DNA of 61,800 nucleotides, the filler included. It is 5 parts of 5 records of this genome, joined end to end, with 100 filler letters (N's around TTAATTAATTAA, not from the genome) between each part and the next. Parts side by side here need not be neighbours in the genome. Positions count along the whole stretch, not along the records: positions 27,132 to 39,508 come from SRR2962707_613; positions 39,609 to 61,800 come from SRR2962707_614; 3 more parts are not named here. The stretch is one strand, 5' to 3'. How positions within the stretch are numbered: position 1 is the first letter of the stretch; each line of letters begins with the position of its first letter. Positions 27,286 through 40,066 of this stretch are shown here, piece by piece. The notes beneath the pieces were generated by a model that made no database searches, was not told the DNA's origin, and saw only the letters and a list, made by a program, of their open reading frames with translations. The position numbers and the translations under genes are program-made.

Positions 27286-30200
27286 ATGTCCTCAGCAGCT
27301 GAGCCTGAACCGCAGCCTGAGGCTCAGCCTGCTGCTGCACTCACGTCCAACTTGGCGACGAGCGCTTCTGCTGTCGACACATTAGACACTGGCACTGCAG
27401 CAGAAACGCCTATTGAGACTGGGTATGTTGCTGTGGTTGATGATGCTGATGCGGATGCTGATGCGGATGCGGATGCGGATGCCGATGCCGATGCCGATGC
27501 GGATGCTGCGAATAGTGAACAGCTGTACCCCGTCCAACTGGCGCCGATTTTGCAGCACGATACCCGCGTGTACGAGAATTTGCTCTTTGACGAGGCCACG
27601 CAGGTGTTGATCTTGATTCGCCACAACACCTTCTTCCTGCTCGATGTCGACACCTCGGATGAGCAGCAGGGTGCCAGCCGAGACGTGCTCAGTCGGATAT
27701 CGGAGCCGCTCACGTTTATCAGAGCTGGCCCCGTGATTTGTGCCCGCCTCTCGTACGACCAGCGGTTTTTGGCTTTGCAACGCACGGAGTTTGAACTCGA
27801 CGTGTACGACCTCGTTGAACGCGCAGAGTTGCACATGAAAGTTCGTTCCAAAAAGAAAGTTCCCTCATCCAAGTCAACAGCCGCACCACAAGGAGCAAAA
27901 GCCCGTCATCGAACCGGCATTCTGCCTGGTGGAATCCGCTGGTGTCAGTTCACTGCAACATCCCATGCGCTCGTGCTTGTCACTTACGAAGGGCTCGAAA
28001 TGCACCACCTTTGTGCCTCTGTATCGAAGAGGAAGCCTGGCGGCACGACGCGCCAAACTGAGGGCGGTGGCATGCGCTCAGGAAGGGGTGGCAACAACAT
28101 GCTTGGCGCTGGCCCGGTGTCAGCTGCCGCCGATGAGGATTCAGAAGCGCAATCACCTTCAAGGTCCTCCAGCGGTCGAAGTGGCAAGACAACCACGTGC
28201 AAGCTCATGGACACAGTGGAGAAGGACTCTCGCATCTTTTTTCACTGTTTCTTTGCATTGGAGCACAAGAACGGGTCCACTGCAGCCATAATTGCAGTCG
28301 GAACGGATGGTGGCATTGATCGTTCAACAGGCCGTCGTCAAACCTGCATTCGGCCGTACCGTGTCACAAAAGACTTTCGATTCGAGCTCCTGGCTACGTT
28401 CACGCTCCCATGCAGCCCTCATATCCGTACAAGGTGCATCAAGCTGGTCAGTCTCTACAAACACCTGTATTGCGTGCACATGCAAGAGACCGAGATCGAA
28501 AGCTTGCCCAAATCGGAAAGCTCCAAGCTGGCTGCTGGCAGTGGAGATGCAAGACACGCGACTTCTGCAGAAACCGCAGCGCTGCCGGTGCAAGTAACCT
28601 TGACAATGTACGCGATGACACTGAAGGAGGATGTTCAAGCGGCTTATGAACTAAAGTTGGAGGCAAGTGGCAAGGTTTGCGAATTCCAGGCGGTCGACAA
28701 CCTCCTTGTACTTCATGATCCAGGAAAAGGCCACTCGTTCCTCTTTGATATCAAAAGTGGTGCTGCGGCGCTTGCTCCTGCGTCGGCTCCAACTGCGGCT
28801 AGCTCAAATGCCAATGGTGGTTCAGCAGCACCTCCTGTCGTCGGGGTACAGCCTTCTTCTGATGCTGAGCTTGGTGATCGCCAAAACACCGCGCGTGTCA
28901 TGCCCATCGTGCCTCCGGCGCCAGTGGTGGCTTTAGATGATTTTCTTTCGTCAAAGCGACTAGGAACACGGGCCTTGGCCGAATGGTCGTGGCGTCGCAA
29001 ACGCTGCAGTCAGATTCCAACAGTCGCGACAAGCGTTCAAGCAAATAGAGAATTCGATGTGACTTTTAGCAACATCAAGAGCTTAGGCCTAGAATTATGC
29101 TCGCCGCCCATCGATATCCGGCGAAACGATGGCGTACCAGGTATGCTTGCACGAGCTGGCAGGCTATGTATTGTTGCTGCTGTTCAGGGCTTTACCTATT
29201 CATTGGTGGTGGACCTTGCCAGGCACATATCGACCCTGCATTGTCAACGGATTCCATCGCGACTTGGTGCGAGTTAAGGACGGCACCACGAAACAATCCC
29301 CATTTCCCAAACCAGCGGAGGCATCCGGTCAAATCAAACCCGGCAATCAGTTGCTGGCTGTGAACGGCCAATCTGTCGTTGGGCTTGAATTCAGCGACAT
29401 TCTCAACGCGATTCGCAACGGTATTGTTAACCCACAAGCTGGTCAGCTCGTTTTGCGCTTTCGTAGCAGCATGGATAGGCTAAATGCGCAAATGACGCAC
29501 AAGGCGTGAGTTCTTATGGCTGCGGCATGCAATGGCAGGCTTTGGAGTTGTTTGTAGTATGTTTGCCAAATTGGTAGGTGACGTCTTTTTGTGGGCCTAA
29601 TCAAACCAGGTATGACGCAAGCTGGAGATTTCTTTGGCCGTCGACAATCTTGGACACGAAAACTGGAATGGTATGGCAGCTCGTGCCACATCTTTGTCAA
29701 ACAGTCTGCGCGGCTGACGAAGCAGGTCATTCTCCAACAGCCATGGTGGCGTTTCTGCAACGGCGCCAAATGAGTTTCAAATGCAATTCACAACAACGGC
29801 TTCATCGTGCAGCAGCACACTCTAGCAGCTCTCCACGACCCCGCCCTCCTCGATCACCAACCCAGGAAGAGCGTTTCCTCCAGCTGCCGAAGCGCAGTGC
29901 GCTCAGCAGCTCACGTACTGCCCATGCAGAGGACGACAGCGAACTTCCAATACCGGATCCACGACTTTATTGCGGTTATCGGTGAGCATGTGTGTCTCTT
30001 GTTGCCGCCAACGAGCATTGGCTCGCTGAACTGCGATTGCGTACTGCATTGACAAAACATGATGTTTTCTGTGTTTTATTGCTTAGCCGAACGGAGTTAC
30101 CTACTGCGCGGCAGTGTCTTGTGGGCTATCTCCGCGCACTGCTTCAATCGCACAGGGTTCCTCTGCAAACGATTTGGCGCATTTTCATTTTACTGAATGC

Positions 30201-32788
30201 ATCGTACCGGAAATGGCACATTGCTGAAAAACGTGTTTGGAACCGTGATGATTTGCGCTTTGATAAGTCTATGGTAGTTTCACATCAGACGTTGGAGGTG
30301 CAGGCTGACCATCAGCAGCCGCCGGACGTCGTCTCCACTACGACCAACGGAGGGGATGCACTGGATCTTGCCAAGTTGTCGTTCAAGCGGTTGAAGCCAC
30401 CTCGGCACTATGCGTCGCGATTATTTTTTGCAGCTGCGCGCTATGAGCAAGGCCAAGGAAATGCTTCGAAACCGATCGACCCTGGCATCGCTGGGGTGCG
30501 CTCCACTGGTTGCGGCACAAGCAAGCGGAAACGTCCGTGGCTCGGATTTGGAGGGCTTATCACCGAATCTGGTGGTGGTGCCCCGAGTCTTTTGGCGTCT
30601 GCCTCAGTTGCCCCAATCGGACCATATAACAACGAGGAGCTTGTTGTCTTGTCTCTCCGCGAAATTGATTCGTTAATTCTTGCTCCCATGGCCTCATCGT
30701 CATCGCTGATTCGAGGCGGCGGTAGCAACTTCGGCCATTCGGCCATGAACAGTGACGGCGAGACTGAGGGTGTCAACGAAGAATATGCTTTATTTGTGGT
30801 CGCTGTGCATCTAGAGTACATCCGCAACGCCAGTTTGCACCGTCTTCGATACCTGTTGAAGACTGCGGCACGTGCCATTGGAATTTTACTGCGACTGCGC
30901 CGGTTTTCGCAGGTTTGGGTTGTTAAATTGATTCTGTTTGATTTTTTGCACAGCGTGGGTGCGGACTGAACGGTGTTGGACGGAAACCTGTGGTGCTGGC
31001 CTCCATGCGACGTTTAGGTCTACCAGCTTTTGGAGTACCGAGTGGTGAGAGACAACACAAGTTTGGCGAAGCTGCTACTTGAATCTTCACGCGAATACCG
31101 CCCTTTCCACCAGCTTGGTCTTGACATGCTTCATCGCTCGAACAACGAGGATATTGTGCTGGAGTATGTGAAATTCGGGGGCTGTCTCGAAGCGAGTACC
31201 GAATTGCTAGGCCCTTGCCCAATGGCCTAATGCTGTGTTTGTGGTGCATTGCTGCAGGAAACTGCTTTCAGATTGCATGGAAAATGAAGGAGGAAATCCA
31301 AACCACGCATTTTACGCGTGTGTCCGCATTGCATTGCGGCAGCTGCACAGGCTCCCACCAACAGCAAGCCGTGTCGTGAAGTTCGGTATTGCGGCTGTCA
31401 AGACGTTCATGTTTTGTGTACGCATCACGTGGCGGCAATACCGGAAGTCCGACCTTGTTTTTCAAGACGAGTTGTTAGCGTATGTGTTTTTGGGGCAAGG
31501 AGGCATTTGCGATTAAACGGCGCCTATCCTCGCTAGTTGCACGACATGTGTTTGTGTGTTTTGCTTACCAGGTACTGCCACGACCATCACAACCGTTTCG
31601 TTGCCCTTGCCACCAGCAGTGTAAGTTAGCGTTTGCGTCACTACCAAAGCGCGAAAGCACAAGTTCAACTATGGGCAACGGTTAAATACTTGTCGCTGCT
31701 TCAGCTTGAGTCAAGTGTAGTTTGAAACTATTGCTTCGTTGTTGACACCCAGGAAATTATGCAGTTCATGCGCCCCGTGCATCTTCTACAGTCAATACTT
31801 TTGTGCTGGAAGAATATCTTTGGGCCAAGAGCTTTGAAGACTGACAGCGGAAGCAAGTCTTCACCGACAAGCCAACCGCACAGTGAGGGTTCTGGCCGCA
31901 GCTTCGAGATGAAGTCGCAAGACGAAGTCAACCGCGAAGCGATCGTCGCTTTGTACGTGGAACTCCGTGGCCAGCTTGACTTGGCCAAGAAGTTCTTCGC
32001 CGTGTGCCGCCAGAGGCGTCTGGTTGAAGATGCGCTTCGCTACGCGGAGGACAGGCTCGCATCTGCTATCGCAACCGTGGTTCCAGACGTACGTTTTCAT
32101 TTTCAGATGCAATGTTGCTGGCTTCTCCCTTTCGCGAGCCATTCACTTGTGATGACTGCGGTCTCACTTATGCGCAGGGCTTAGAATCTAGCTCCGTGGA
32201 CGAGAGTATTGCGACAGCCAAAGCAGAGTTGCGTGTCGCGCGGGATGCTCAGGCAGCATTGCCCTCGATCGACACTCATCAACGAGGACGTTCCATCGCT
32301 CGTGTGTTTTCAGAGTGGGAGGTCTTGGTGCTTACCAACATCCTCACAGCAGCCATTTCCATCTTCCAAACAGAGAGCAATGATCGTGAAGGAAACAGTG
32401 CAGTAGAGCTTGTTCCTTATCTGCAGGTGCGCGCTTCTTTGTTTTCAATGTTTTCGCCTGTGCCCTTGGTGCCCATTGGTAACAACGCATTTTTTACACC
32501 ACGCATTAGCACGACTTCCATGGTCTGGAACAGCGACGTTTACGCGCTGCAACGGAGGCATCGCATGCGTCGAGTCTCTCTGCCAGCGAATCTGGAACCG
32601 TCTTGAGTGGCGCTCAGACACAGAACATGAGCCGAAATCGTCTGCGCGTGTCGTCGTCTCGTTACGTTCCGGGCGACGAGGACACTTCTGTGAAGCTCGA
32701 GCCCACGGCAGAAGCCGAAGAGGAAACCAATGGTGTGCATTTGCAAACAAGCGAAAGCGTTGCACACGAAGACCAGGCTGAACCATAG
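27286..32788 (+). CDS. RMC1: Regulator of MON1-CCZ1 (RMC1/C18orf8/Mic1-like) with inserted PDZ domain (multi-exon)
   Basis: RMC1-like segments appear in the expected order: LLFDEATQVL...GPVICARLSYDQRFLALQR; FQAVDNLLVLHD...SFLFDIK; YDASWRFLWPSTILDTKTGMVWQL; and the Mic1-like VAVHLEYIR...LEYRVVRDNTSLAKLLL...HQLGLDMLHR. The final exon (acceptor ~32509) is in frame with ORF 32603-32788. The 3' exon structure is less certain. Confidence 0.75.
27442..27508 (+). repeat. Coding hexamer repeat (GATGCN)n giving a poly-(Asp-Ala) tract
   Basis: About 11 DA units near the N-terminus of the RMC1-like ORF. Confidence 0.9.
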
Positions 32789-33595
32789 GCGTTCGATGCT
32801 GTTCCGTGCGGCGGACGCAACGACTGATGTTGTGATCCACGAGAGCGTAGTTGTGGAAATTTTATCCCTTACAAAACAGCGTATCGGTGGCGGCTTCATT
32901 CACTGTTACGGGGTCTCAGCATTCCCAGCCGCGTGGCTGCCGCCACCACCGCCGCTGGCACCATCCTCCACCTGCTCCACGTCAGCGACTGCTGGCAACA
33001 GGTCCTCAACGTATTTACGATGCCGCTCAAACCTGCACGGGCAATGGGGCATACAACACAGAATTACATGTGTCAATGAGCATGTGCAAAGCCGCCACAT
33101 CCTTCACCTTCGCTACAACGGTGCCACTTACACTTCAAGTTTTTTCTTTTGCCCGCCAAAGATGCTCAAGTGCCCTGAATGTTGACACCGGTGTTTACCG
33201 TACTGATAAACCTCAATGCTGCGTACTCCCACGTGCACTTCGAACAACGAACAGTTGAAATTTGCTTTTTTCAGGTCCCAGAACCTATTCAAAAGCTCAC
33301 AAGGATCTGCATTGGAGCAACACCCAACAAGTACGCATGAAACACGTGGAAACGTTAGGCACCAATGGAAAGATGTCCACAATTTGCAATATTTGATTGT
33401 TTTCGTTGCTCGAACCCACCGCGCGCATCTTTGTCTCGCGCGAACTGGGCCTTGACCACGCCGTCATGGTCAGTCACCAGAACGCAAAAAGGCTTTTGGA
33501 GTACTTTCGTTACTGTGGCATCCAGAGCTTTTTTCGTTGGCTCTTGCAGCTCAAGAGAATCCTCAACCTACGTACATTCAGACCACTTCCATCAC

Positions 33596-36500
33596 TCAAA
33601 TGTGCTGGAGTGTAAGCCGAGTGATCACAAAAGCGTGACTTGCCATCCATTTCTTGGGATTTAGAACACTCGCAGCGTTGAAGAATGGGTTGTGAAGATA
33701 CGCCTGGTTCACCAATTAAAACAGCCTTCAGAATCCAATTACGAGTCAAACACAGTCCAAACTACGTTCCACATTGCACTGTGAGCTGCTGATTCCGTAC
33801 ACACCGTGTTGTTGCTCCCCGTATCTCCACCACTGACCATAAAACCATCAATGGAGCAATCCTGCGAGCCGCCGTTTCCGATAAAACTTCGGGGATCCCA
33901 AGCATTGACAAGACACGTGCCATCTTTTTCAATGGCCTGAAACATGTTAGATTCAGGGATATGTCTGTCGAACCTAAAGTTGCAATGCCATACAACCCCG
34001 TTGAGATACAAAAAGTTGGGTTTGGCAGACACGCTTTCAAAGCACGCAATCATGAAGCTATGCAATTAAGCGTACGGGTAGCGAAAGTCAATGTGCATGT
34101 GCCTGAACGGCTCCATAGATTGCAGATCTTGAATGACAAACTGTAACAAATCCTTCATGAGACGTTCTTGGGGAACGGACAAGCACCTCGAAAAGACTCC
34201 GAGTCCTAAGCCAGGCACTCGTACTACTGTTGCTTTTAACCGACGAGCGGCGTGCAGCGCCAAAAACCTGCCGAGCAATGAACGGCCCATTTTACGGGAT
34301 CAACTTCGTTGATATCTCCTCAGAAAAGTCCCCATGTGAAACAAAGCACTTGCATTGTGTTCATTGAAAACTTACAAAGTTTCTCGAAGCTCTTGGAAAC
34401 AACCAGTCATAAACTCGTTCATCGCATTTGGCTGATACAATACACCACAATGAAACATAATCGAGTCGGTCGGCTTTGAGCCCTATTTAATAATAAGCAA
34501 CACACACTTGCCGCAGGGGGGGGGCTTACGAACTTTGTTTTCATGAGCCACAACATGCTTTTCATAATCGTGAGTAAACCTGTTCTCAAAGTTCATGCCC
34601 CAAACGTGCACGACACTCAAGTTTTTGAACTCGGCTGCACGCGGGTCAAAGTTTGGGTTTATGAGCACGGGACCTTCAATCACAAAAAACACAAAAAATG
34701 TCACTTGGTGTTCGGCCATCCCACCAAAAGCTATGCAAACTCACTGCACACATTCTCACCTGCCAATACGTATCGGATGCTGTCAAGCTTTCCTGTTGGA
34801 AGATCCAGGCTCGGATTAAAGCCAAGAGCGTCTTGAACTGCATCTGTGTCGTAGGCGCGTATTGCTGGGGACCCAGCGTACACGGGATGTCGAAAAACAA
34901 GCGACTGAAGAATCGGGGAAGCGAAGTTCTGAGCATTTCGAGTTGTGGTTGCAAGGAACGTTCTGTCACTCAGGTCCTACGTTTCAAGAGTTTTCCATCA
35001 GCAAATCAGCCACACCGCCTCAATGAGCAGCATGCGCAGGAAACAGCGTTCGTCCATACCTGAAACACGGCTGAGTCTGCGTAAACGCTTCGAACGAATC
35101 GGCAATGTTCACTTGTTACTTTTCCAAGAATTGACTCGCCAAAGTCGTACGTGTACATCGCAAGAACACGATCGAAAAAACGCTCGCGCACATTCGCATG
35201 AGGTGATGATGTTGGTCGTCCCCATGCATCAATAGCTGTCTGTGTTGGTTGCACTGGGCCTTGTAGCCACAATTGTTCAAACGGGCGCTGGTGATTGCAA
35301 TGCAACACTCATGGGAATGACTTGACAGTCAGAAGCCGAAAATCAAGAAAATGAGGCGAAGTCGCTCACCATGAAGTCGCTCTTGGGCGCGCAGCTGCTC
35401 CACTGAGGTGCTTTCCCTGTGCTGCCAAAACCATCTGAGAAATTCTGCGCCAGAGCGCCCGCCACACATGATATTGAAAGCATTGTCTACACCATCTTCG
35501 AGCGCAGGGATCCTGCCCATACTTGGCAACTTTGTTTCCGACACAATGAGGGTATCTCTTGCCAGTAGACTAGCCTCTTGCGGGGACTGGGCATCAAGTC
35601 CAGCTTCGCGTGCTTCTGCTTTCGCAGCAGCCTCCGTCCGTGATAAAATGTCAAAGAACACACGCATGGTGCTTGGGGGCCCAATCGTGCGGACGCTCTC
35701 ACTTTCACACACGCCCATGCCATCGTGTTTTTCCCCCCGCCTTGCCGGGGACAAAGAGCTCGCAGGTTTGCTTGAGTCAAATACTCGCTTTCCCCGTCGC
35801 CGGATGATTCGACGGCGAGTGGGATTCGTTGTCAAAATTTGTTGACTGTTGCGTAATTTGAAAACATACCTGGCCACGCACAATTCCCACACAATCTGTC
35901 GTTACGCAAACGCGCTAGTTAACGGCGACATGCGTAGCAAGGACCCATCAATGCGCACGGAAAGGAACTGACAATCCATCGCAAATTGAAACTTCTTCTG
36001 CGCCCTCCTGAAAAGCCGCTTCGAGGACATCGCTGACTTGGGGCTCAAATGTTTTCCATTGATCTCGCCCATCATCGTACCATGTCCACTTACAGAGACG
36101 GTCGGTCTGGAACTGTAACTGAACTTCTTTCAGTTCTTCGACGGACACTGACGCATCGGAATCAATGTGACGCATTGACTGCTGCAGCTTCTCCTGTTGC
36201 AGAAGTGCCTTTTGATCACCCCCAACAGAAATCAGTGTTGCAACCGGTTCCAACTGAAATCGTTGCTGCAACGGAAACCAAACCACTGAGCTTGGAACGC
36301 CCAGTTGTCCATGCTCCTTGTTGTGCATGGTACATTCACTCGCAGCGTCAGCCTTCGTGAACGATTGACCAACAACTTACGTTGAAACAACACGGCAGCA
36401 CATGCAACGCACCTCACAAAACGTGATACTATCATTTGCCACCACGCAGCATTGCAGCTTCTTTCGTCGGGTTTTGTCGCGGGTGTCGTCCACAAACTCG

Positions 36501-39500
36501 AGCCCTTTCGTAGTAATAACCTACGATGCAAAGCGTAATGAGATCCGAGACTTTGTGTCGTTGAACATGACGCAGCGTGTTATTGACAGTGGTGAGTCAA
36601 CCTTAACAATAGTCCGGTGCTTGTTCGGGTTTCGTCGTTGGAGTTCTTCGGCAACTCTAACAACGGACAGGTCAAGGGAGTGCTGCCGTAGGCGATACTC
36701 ATTCGACGTATTTACATCGCGTGCTTGTGCGAAGGGGCGCCGCCATGGGTCGCGCAAAAATTGCAATTCAACGGTTTTCGAATCATCTTCTTCATTGACT
36801 GTCACTGCGAATTCGTCGTTTTGATCCCCTTGACCGGCACAACCAAGAATGCTCGCAGCTGTGTCGGCAACAAGCACTCCATCAATGGCAAGCAACACAT
36901 CACCCACTTGGACGCCGTGCGTTGAACCGGTCGATGAATCATGAAACGATGATTTGCCACTCAATCTGCTGCTGGGTCCCACCTTCTCAGTGCACAGGCC
37001 GCAATCACATCAGCAGGTGTCACGATAGCACCGGCACGCGGCATGTGCAGTTTTGATCAGACACATAACACTGCGGAAATCGTAACTACCTTTGCTACAA
37101 CTTTGCCGTTGGGTTCAAACTTCACGTCTCGACGAATGAGATCCAAACACATCGACACTGACACTATCTTTGGGCGCGACGCCTGCGTAAAAAGCACAAC
37201 ACAGCTTAAAATGAGTCGACCCTCCATACGTGCAACGCATTGGCATAGAAAAGTTGCAAACGCTCAAGTTTCCCAATAGCTCGAGGAATCACGCCACGAT
37301 TGCGAAAAGGGGGCGGTGGGGGGATACGAACTTCTGAAAGGGCCTTCAAGAGAAGCTGGTAGCGGGTGAGGCGGGTAACTGGAGACTGAAGCAGGGATCG
37401 TATCGAGATGTCCAACCCATTGCAATACTGCGTGTTCATCTGCGCTTGAATTGCCTGGTTGTACCGTTCCTCGACGAATCGCTGAAATTTGCCGTTGCGG
37501 GCAGAAAATAGTTCCTAATCGAGCAGCGTGCATGGTCCACGGTGAGAGGGCAACGAGGAGCAAGATCAATACACCCGTCAAAAGTGTTGACAAAAAATCA
37601 AATATGGCCATCCACCTTAAGCAGTCCAGGTACTTCGGAGTAGTTGCACACGTACTCTCCGTGCAAGCTATCGATCTACAAGGCGGAGTAGTGAGTGAGA
37701 TCGCTACATGTTTACTCACGCAAACCAAGATAACGCCAAAGCGGCAATTAGCATACGACACTGCGCCAAGCAAGACTCACCTCGCGTAAATGCCAGTAGA
37801 ATGTGTCGGAAATATTTCGCTCATCCGGATCTTGACCGGCACGAAACCTGCACCGAAACCGCGTTGTATAAAACACCAAGGCAAAAGAAATGCAGAAGTG
37901 GAATTGTTCATAGGACGCTTCGAGCACCCATGCGTGGCGTTCGAAATTCAGATGCAATTCAAAATAGCAAACGATGCGGACCGCTGCAACAAGGCCTCCA
38001 GTTTGTATGCGAAAATTTGGTGTTTACTGGTAAGTTTTCCGAGGTTGTGGAAAATTTTCTCAACTTCATCGTCTGAGATTCCATACTCCCCATCAGAAAG
38101 GCGCAATTCTAGGTAGTACCTGGACGTTGAAAGTTCGGCACCGACTTGTTTCAACCGTTCAAGTCAGGAGGAACACACACCGTGGCAAAGCGGGAGATTC
38201 GCACGATGATTTCGCAACAATGCGGGAGTTAGGTGACGCCATGCCACGCACCTGTGATTCAGCTCTTCCAACATGGCAACGAATGACTTTTCAGTAGAAA
38301 GCAGTTCATTTAACACATTGTTCAGTTTGGCATCATCAGCAAGTCGCGCTTCCCGATCGAGGGCTTCTCGGTTGAATCTGTCTTTAAAATTGTTTGTTGA
38401 CGTTCGCCACAACTGAACACACTTTTTCAACGTGGCACAACTCCACCGATAATTGAGGGCTGCGTCCTCCGCCGCCACAAGCATTTGCTGGTGATCCTCA
38501 AGGATGGCTGGTTTTGCCAGCGTTTTTCGTTTCAAGCGTGAGCAGGCACAGGGTGAGCAACAGAACGTCGGTGAGATAATGTCAAAAGCAAGCATTCGTG
38601 TCGTAAATACAGTTCGTAACGCAGTTCCACCATTCTGAAAACTGCTTAAGTCATTCAGGCGTACTTGTTGCTGCCTCGTTAATAAGCTCTTCTGAAATCA
38701 GAAGGTCGTTCGCATCTGAGAGGTGCTTTGCTCGAATCCAGACAGGCTCAAAATCCGGCAATCGCGAAAGTTCCGGCCAACTGCCAGACGCCATCGACGC
38801 CAAGTAAGTTTGAGCATCCTCTCGACTCATCGATAGCTCCATCACTTGCTGTCGAGTTTGTAAAGCGTGAACCTGCGGACAGCAATTCAGTCAAAAAGGA
38901 ATTCAACCAAGCGCAATGACATGCCATCAAGCACAAAACCGCGGGGCCAACTTAGCAACTCAAACACTGACCTGGAAGGTGTCAAAAAGTTCATCCACCA
39001 TTCCACTCAAAATTCCAAGCTGAAAAAGCGCGTCGCGAGATGCGCAGGAACGCAGCGCTGCCAACTGATCGCCACTGTCAATTGCCGCGGATAGTGCTCG
39101 ATTATCTTCGGCAATGGCTTCAAGAATGCGTTGCCGGATTGGGGGAGGCACTGTCGCTGCACCTTTCCCATCCGCTCCTACCCCTTCCTCGTGAGCGACC
39201 TGATCAGAATCTGTCTCTGCAATGTTTCTGCTGCGGAGATTGTGCGATTCGAGAAACCGGTCAAAAATGCCTTTTCGTGCCAGCATCAAGCACTGCTCCT
39301 CCTGCCCCTCGTAACTGCTGTCACGGCCACGCACCACCAGCTCAGGGACAACACCCGACTCCAGCAGCTCTTCCGGCGACAAGCGCCGCAAGAACATGCT
39401 GCTGGGCCCGCCGGAACTCGGAACTGGGATACGCTGCAGCGACAAACTGCCCTGGGATTGCCGTCGTTTCATCCACCGGTTGCGTTGTTGTTGTTGTTGT

Positions 39501-39508
39501 TGTTGTTG
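33596..39508 (-). CDS. Multi-exon RhoGEF (DH) protein with PDZ and WWE domains, followed by a macrodomain-like module; 5'-truncated, 3' end uncertain
   Basis: DH motifs: NVLNELLSTEKSFVAML (~38270-38325), EVEKIFHNL, SLLQSPVTRLTRYQLLLKAL (~37340-37400). PDZ: GVQVGDVLLAIDG. WWE: WTWYDDGRDQWKTFEPQVSDVLEAAF|YVFKLRNSQQ...RRRIIRR. The frame is open through a poly-Q (CAA) tract to the contig edge. Exon joining between ~35360 and ~34975 is not resolved, so this could be two genes. Confidence 0.62.
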
Positions 39509-39608
39509 NNNNNNNNNNNNNNNNNNNNNNNNNNNNNNNNNNNNNNNNNNNNTTAATTAATTAANNNNNNNNNNNNNNNNNNNNNNNNNNNNNNNNNNNN
39601 NNNNNNNN
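39509..39608. other. Artificial contig-joining spacer (eukaryote/bacterium boundary)
   Basis: Same spacer; base composition and gene structure change abruptly across it. Confidence 0.98.
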
Positions 39609-39729
39609 ACTATTTTTACTGCAATTACGAATAATATCAAGCATGCCGTTTAACCCATTCATTGAGAAATAGAACATTTTCAATCATGGGACGAGGCAAA
39701 TAGCTAAATACTCCAGAAAAAATAAGCAC

Positions 39730-40062
39730 ATGAAGAAGACTAAACTTGGTGAATTTGAAGAGATGGTTCTTCTCGCAGTTATTCTGCTGAAGGAAGAGGC
39801 CTACGGTGTGGAGATTAAAAAGGAGCTAGAAAAAAGGATGGATGAGCAGTTAAGTGTTGGTTCCATCCAATCGGCACTCAAACGTATGGAAGAAAAGGGA
39901 TTCCTGACTTCTGAGTTTGGAGAGGCTACTCAAAAGCGTGGTGGAAAGCGCAAGCGTATTTATAATGCCACACCATATGCTCACAAAGTATTGGGCGAAA
40001 TCAAACAGATACGCGAAAGTTTCTGGACTCAGATCACTGCCGAAGGATTGAAAACCATCTAA
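39730..40062 (+). CDS. PadR family transcriptional regulator
   Basis: LGEFEEMVLLAV...AYGVEI...ALKRMEEKG...RGGKRKRIY; immediately upstream of a permease, a common Bacteroidota pairing. Confidence 0.93.
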   Translation: MKKTKLGEFEEMVLLAVILLKEEAYGVEIKKELEKRMDEQLSVGSIQSALKRMEEKGFLTSEFGEATQKRGGKRKRIYNATPYAHKVLGEIKQIRESFWTQITAEGLKTI

Positions 40063-40066
40063 ATCG

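Noticed and set aside
239-39508. Stop-codon reassignment or pseudogenes explaining the broken eukaryotic ORFs
   Set aside because: Where traced, the breaks are explained by short GT-AG introns that restore the frame.
220-39564. Numerous overlapping or antisense ORFs of 60-200 aa
   Set aside because: They are shadows of GC-rich coding sequence and show no motifs of their own.
39400-39800. Bacteria-to-eukaryote horizontal transfer junction
   Set aside because: The junction is an artificial N/TTAATTAATTAA spacer, and the bacterial genes keep operons and bacterial promoters.
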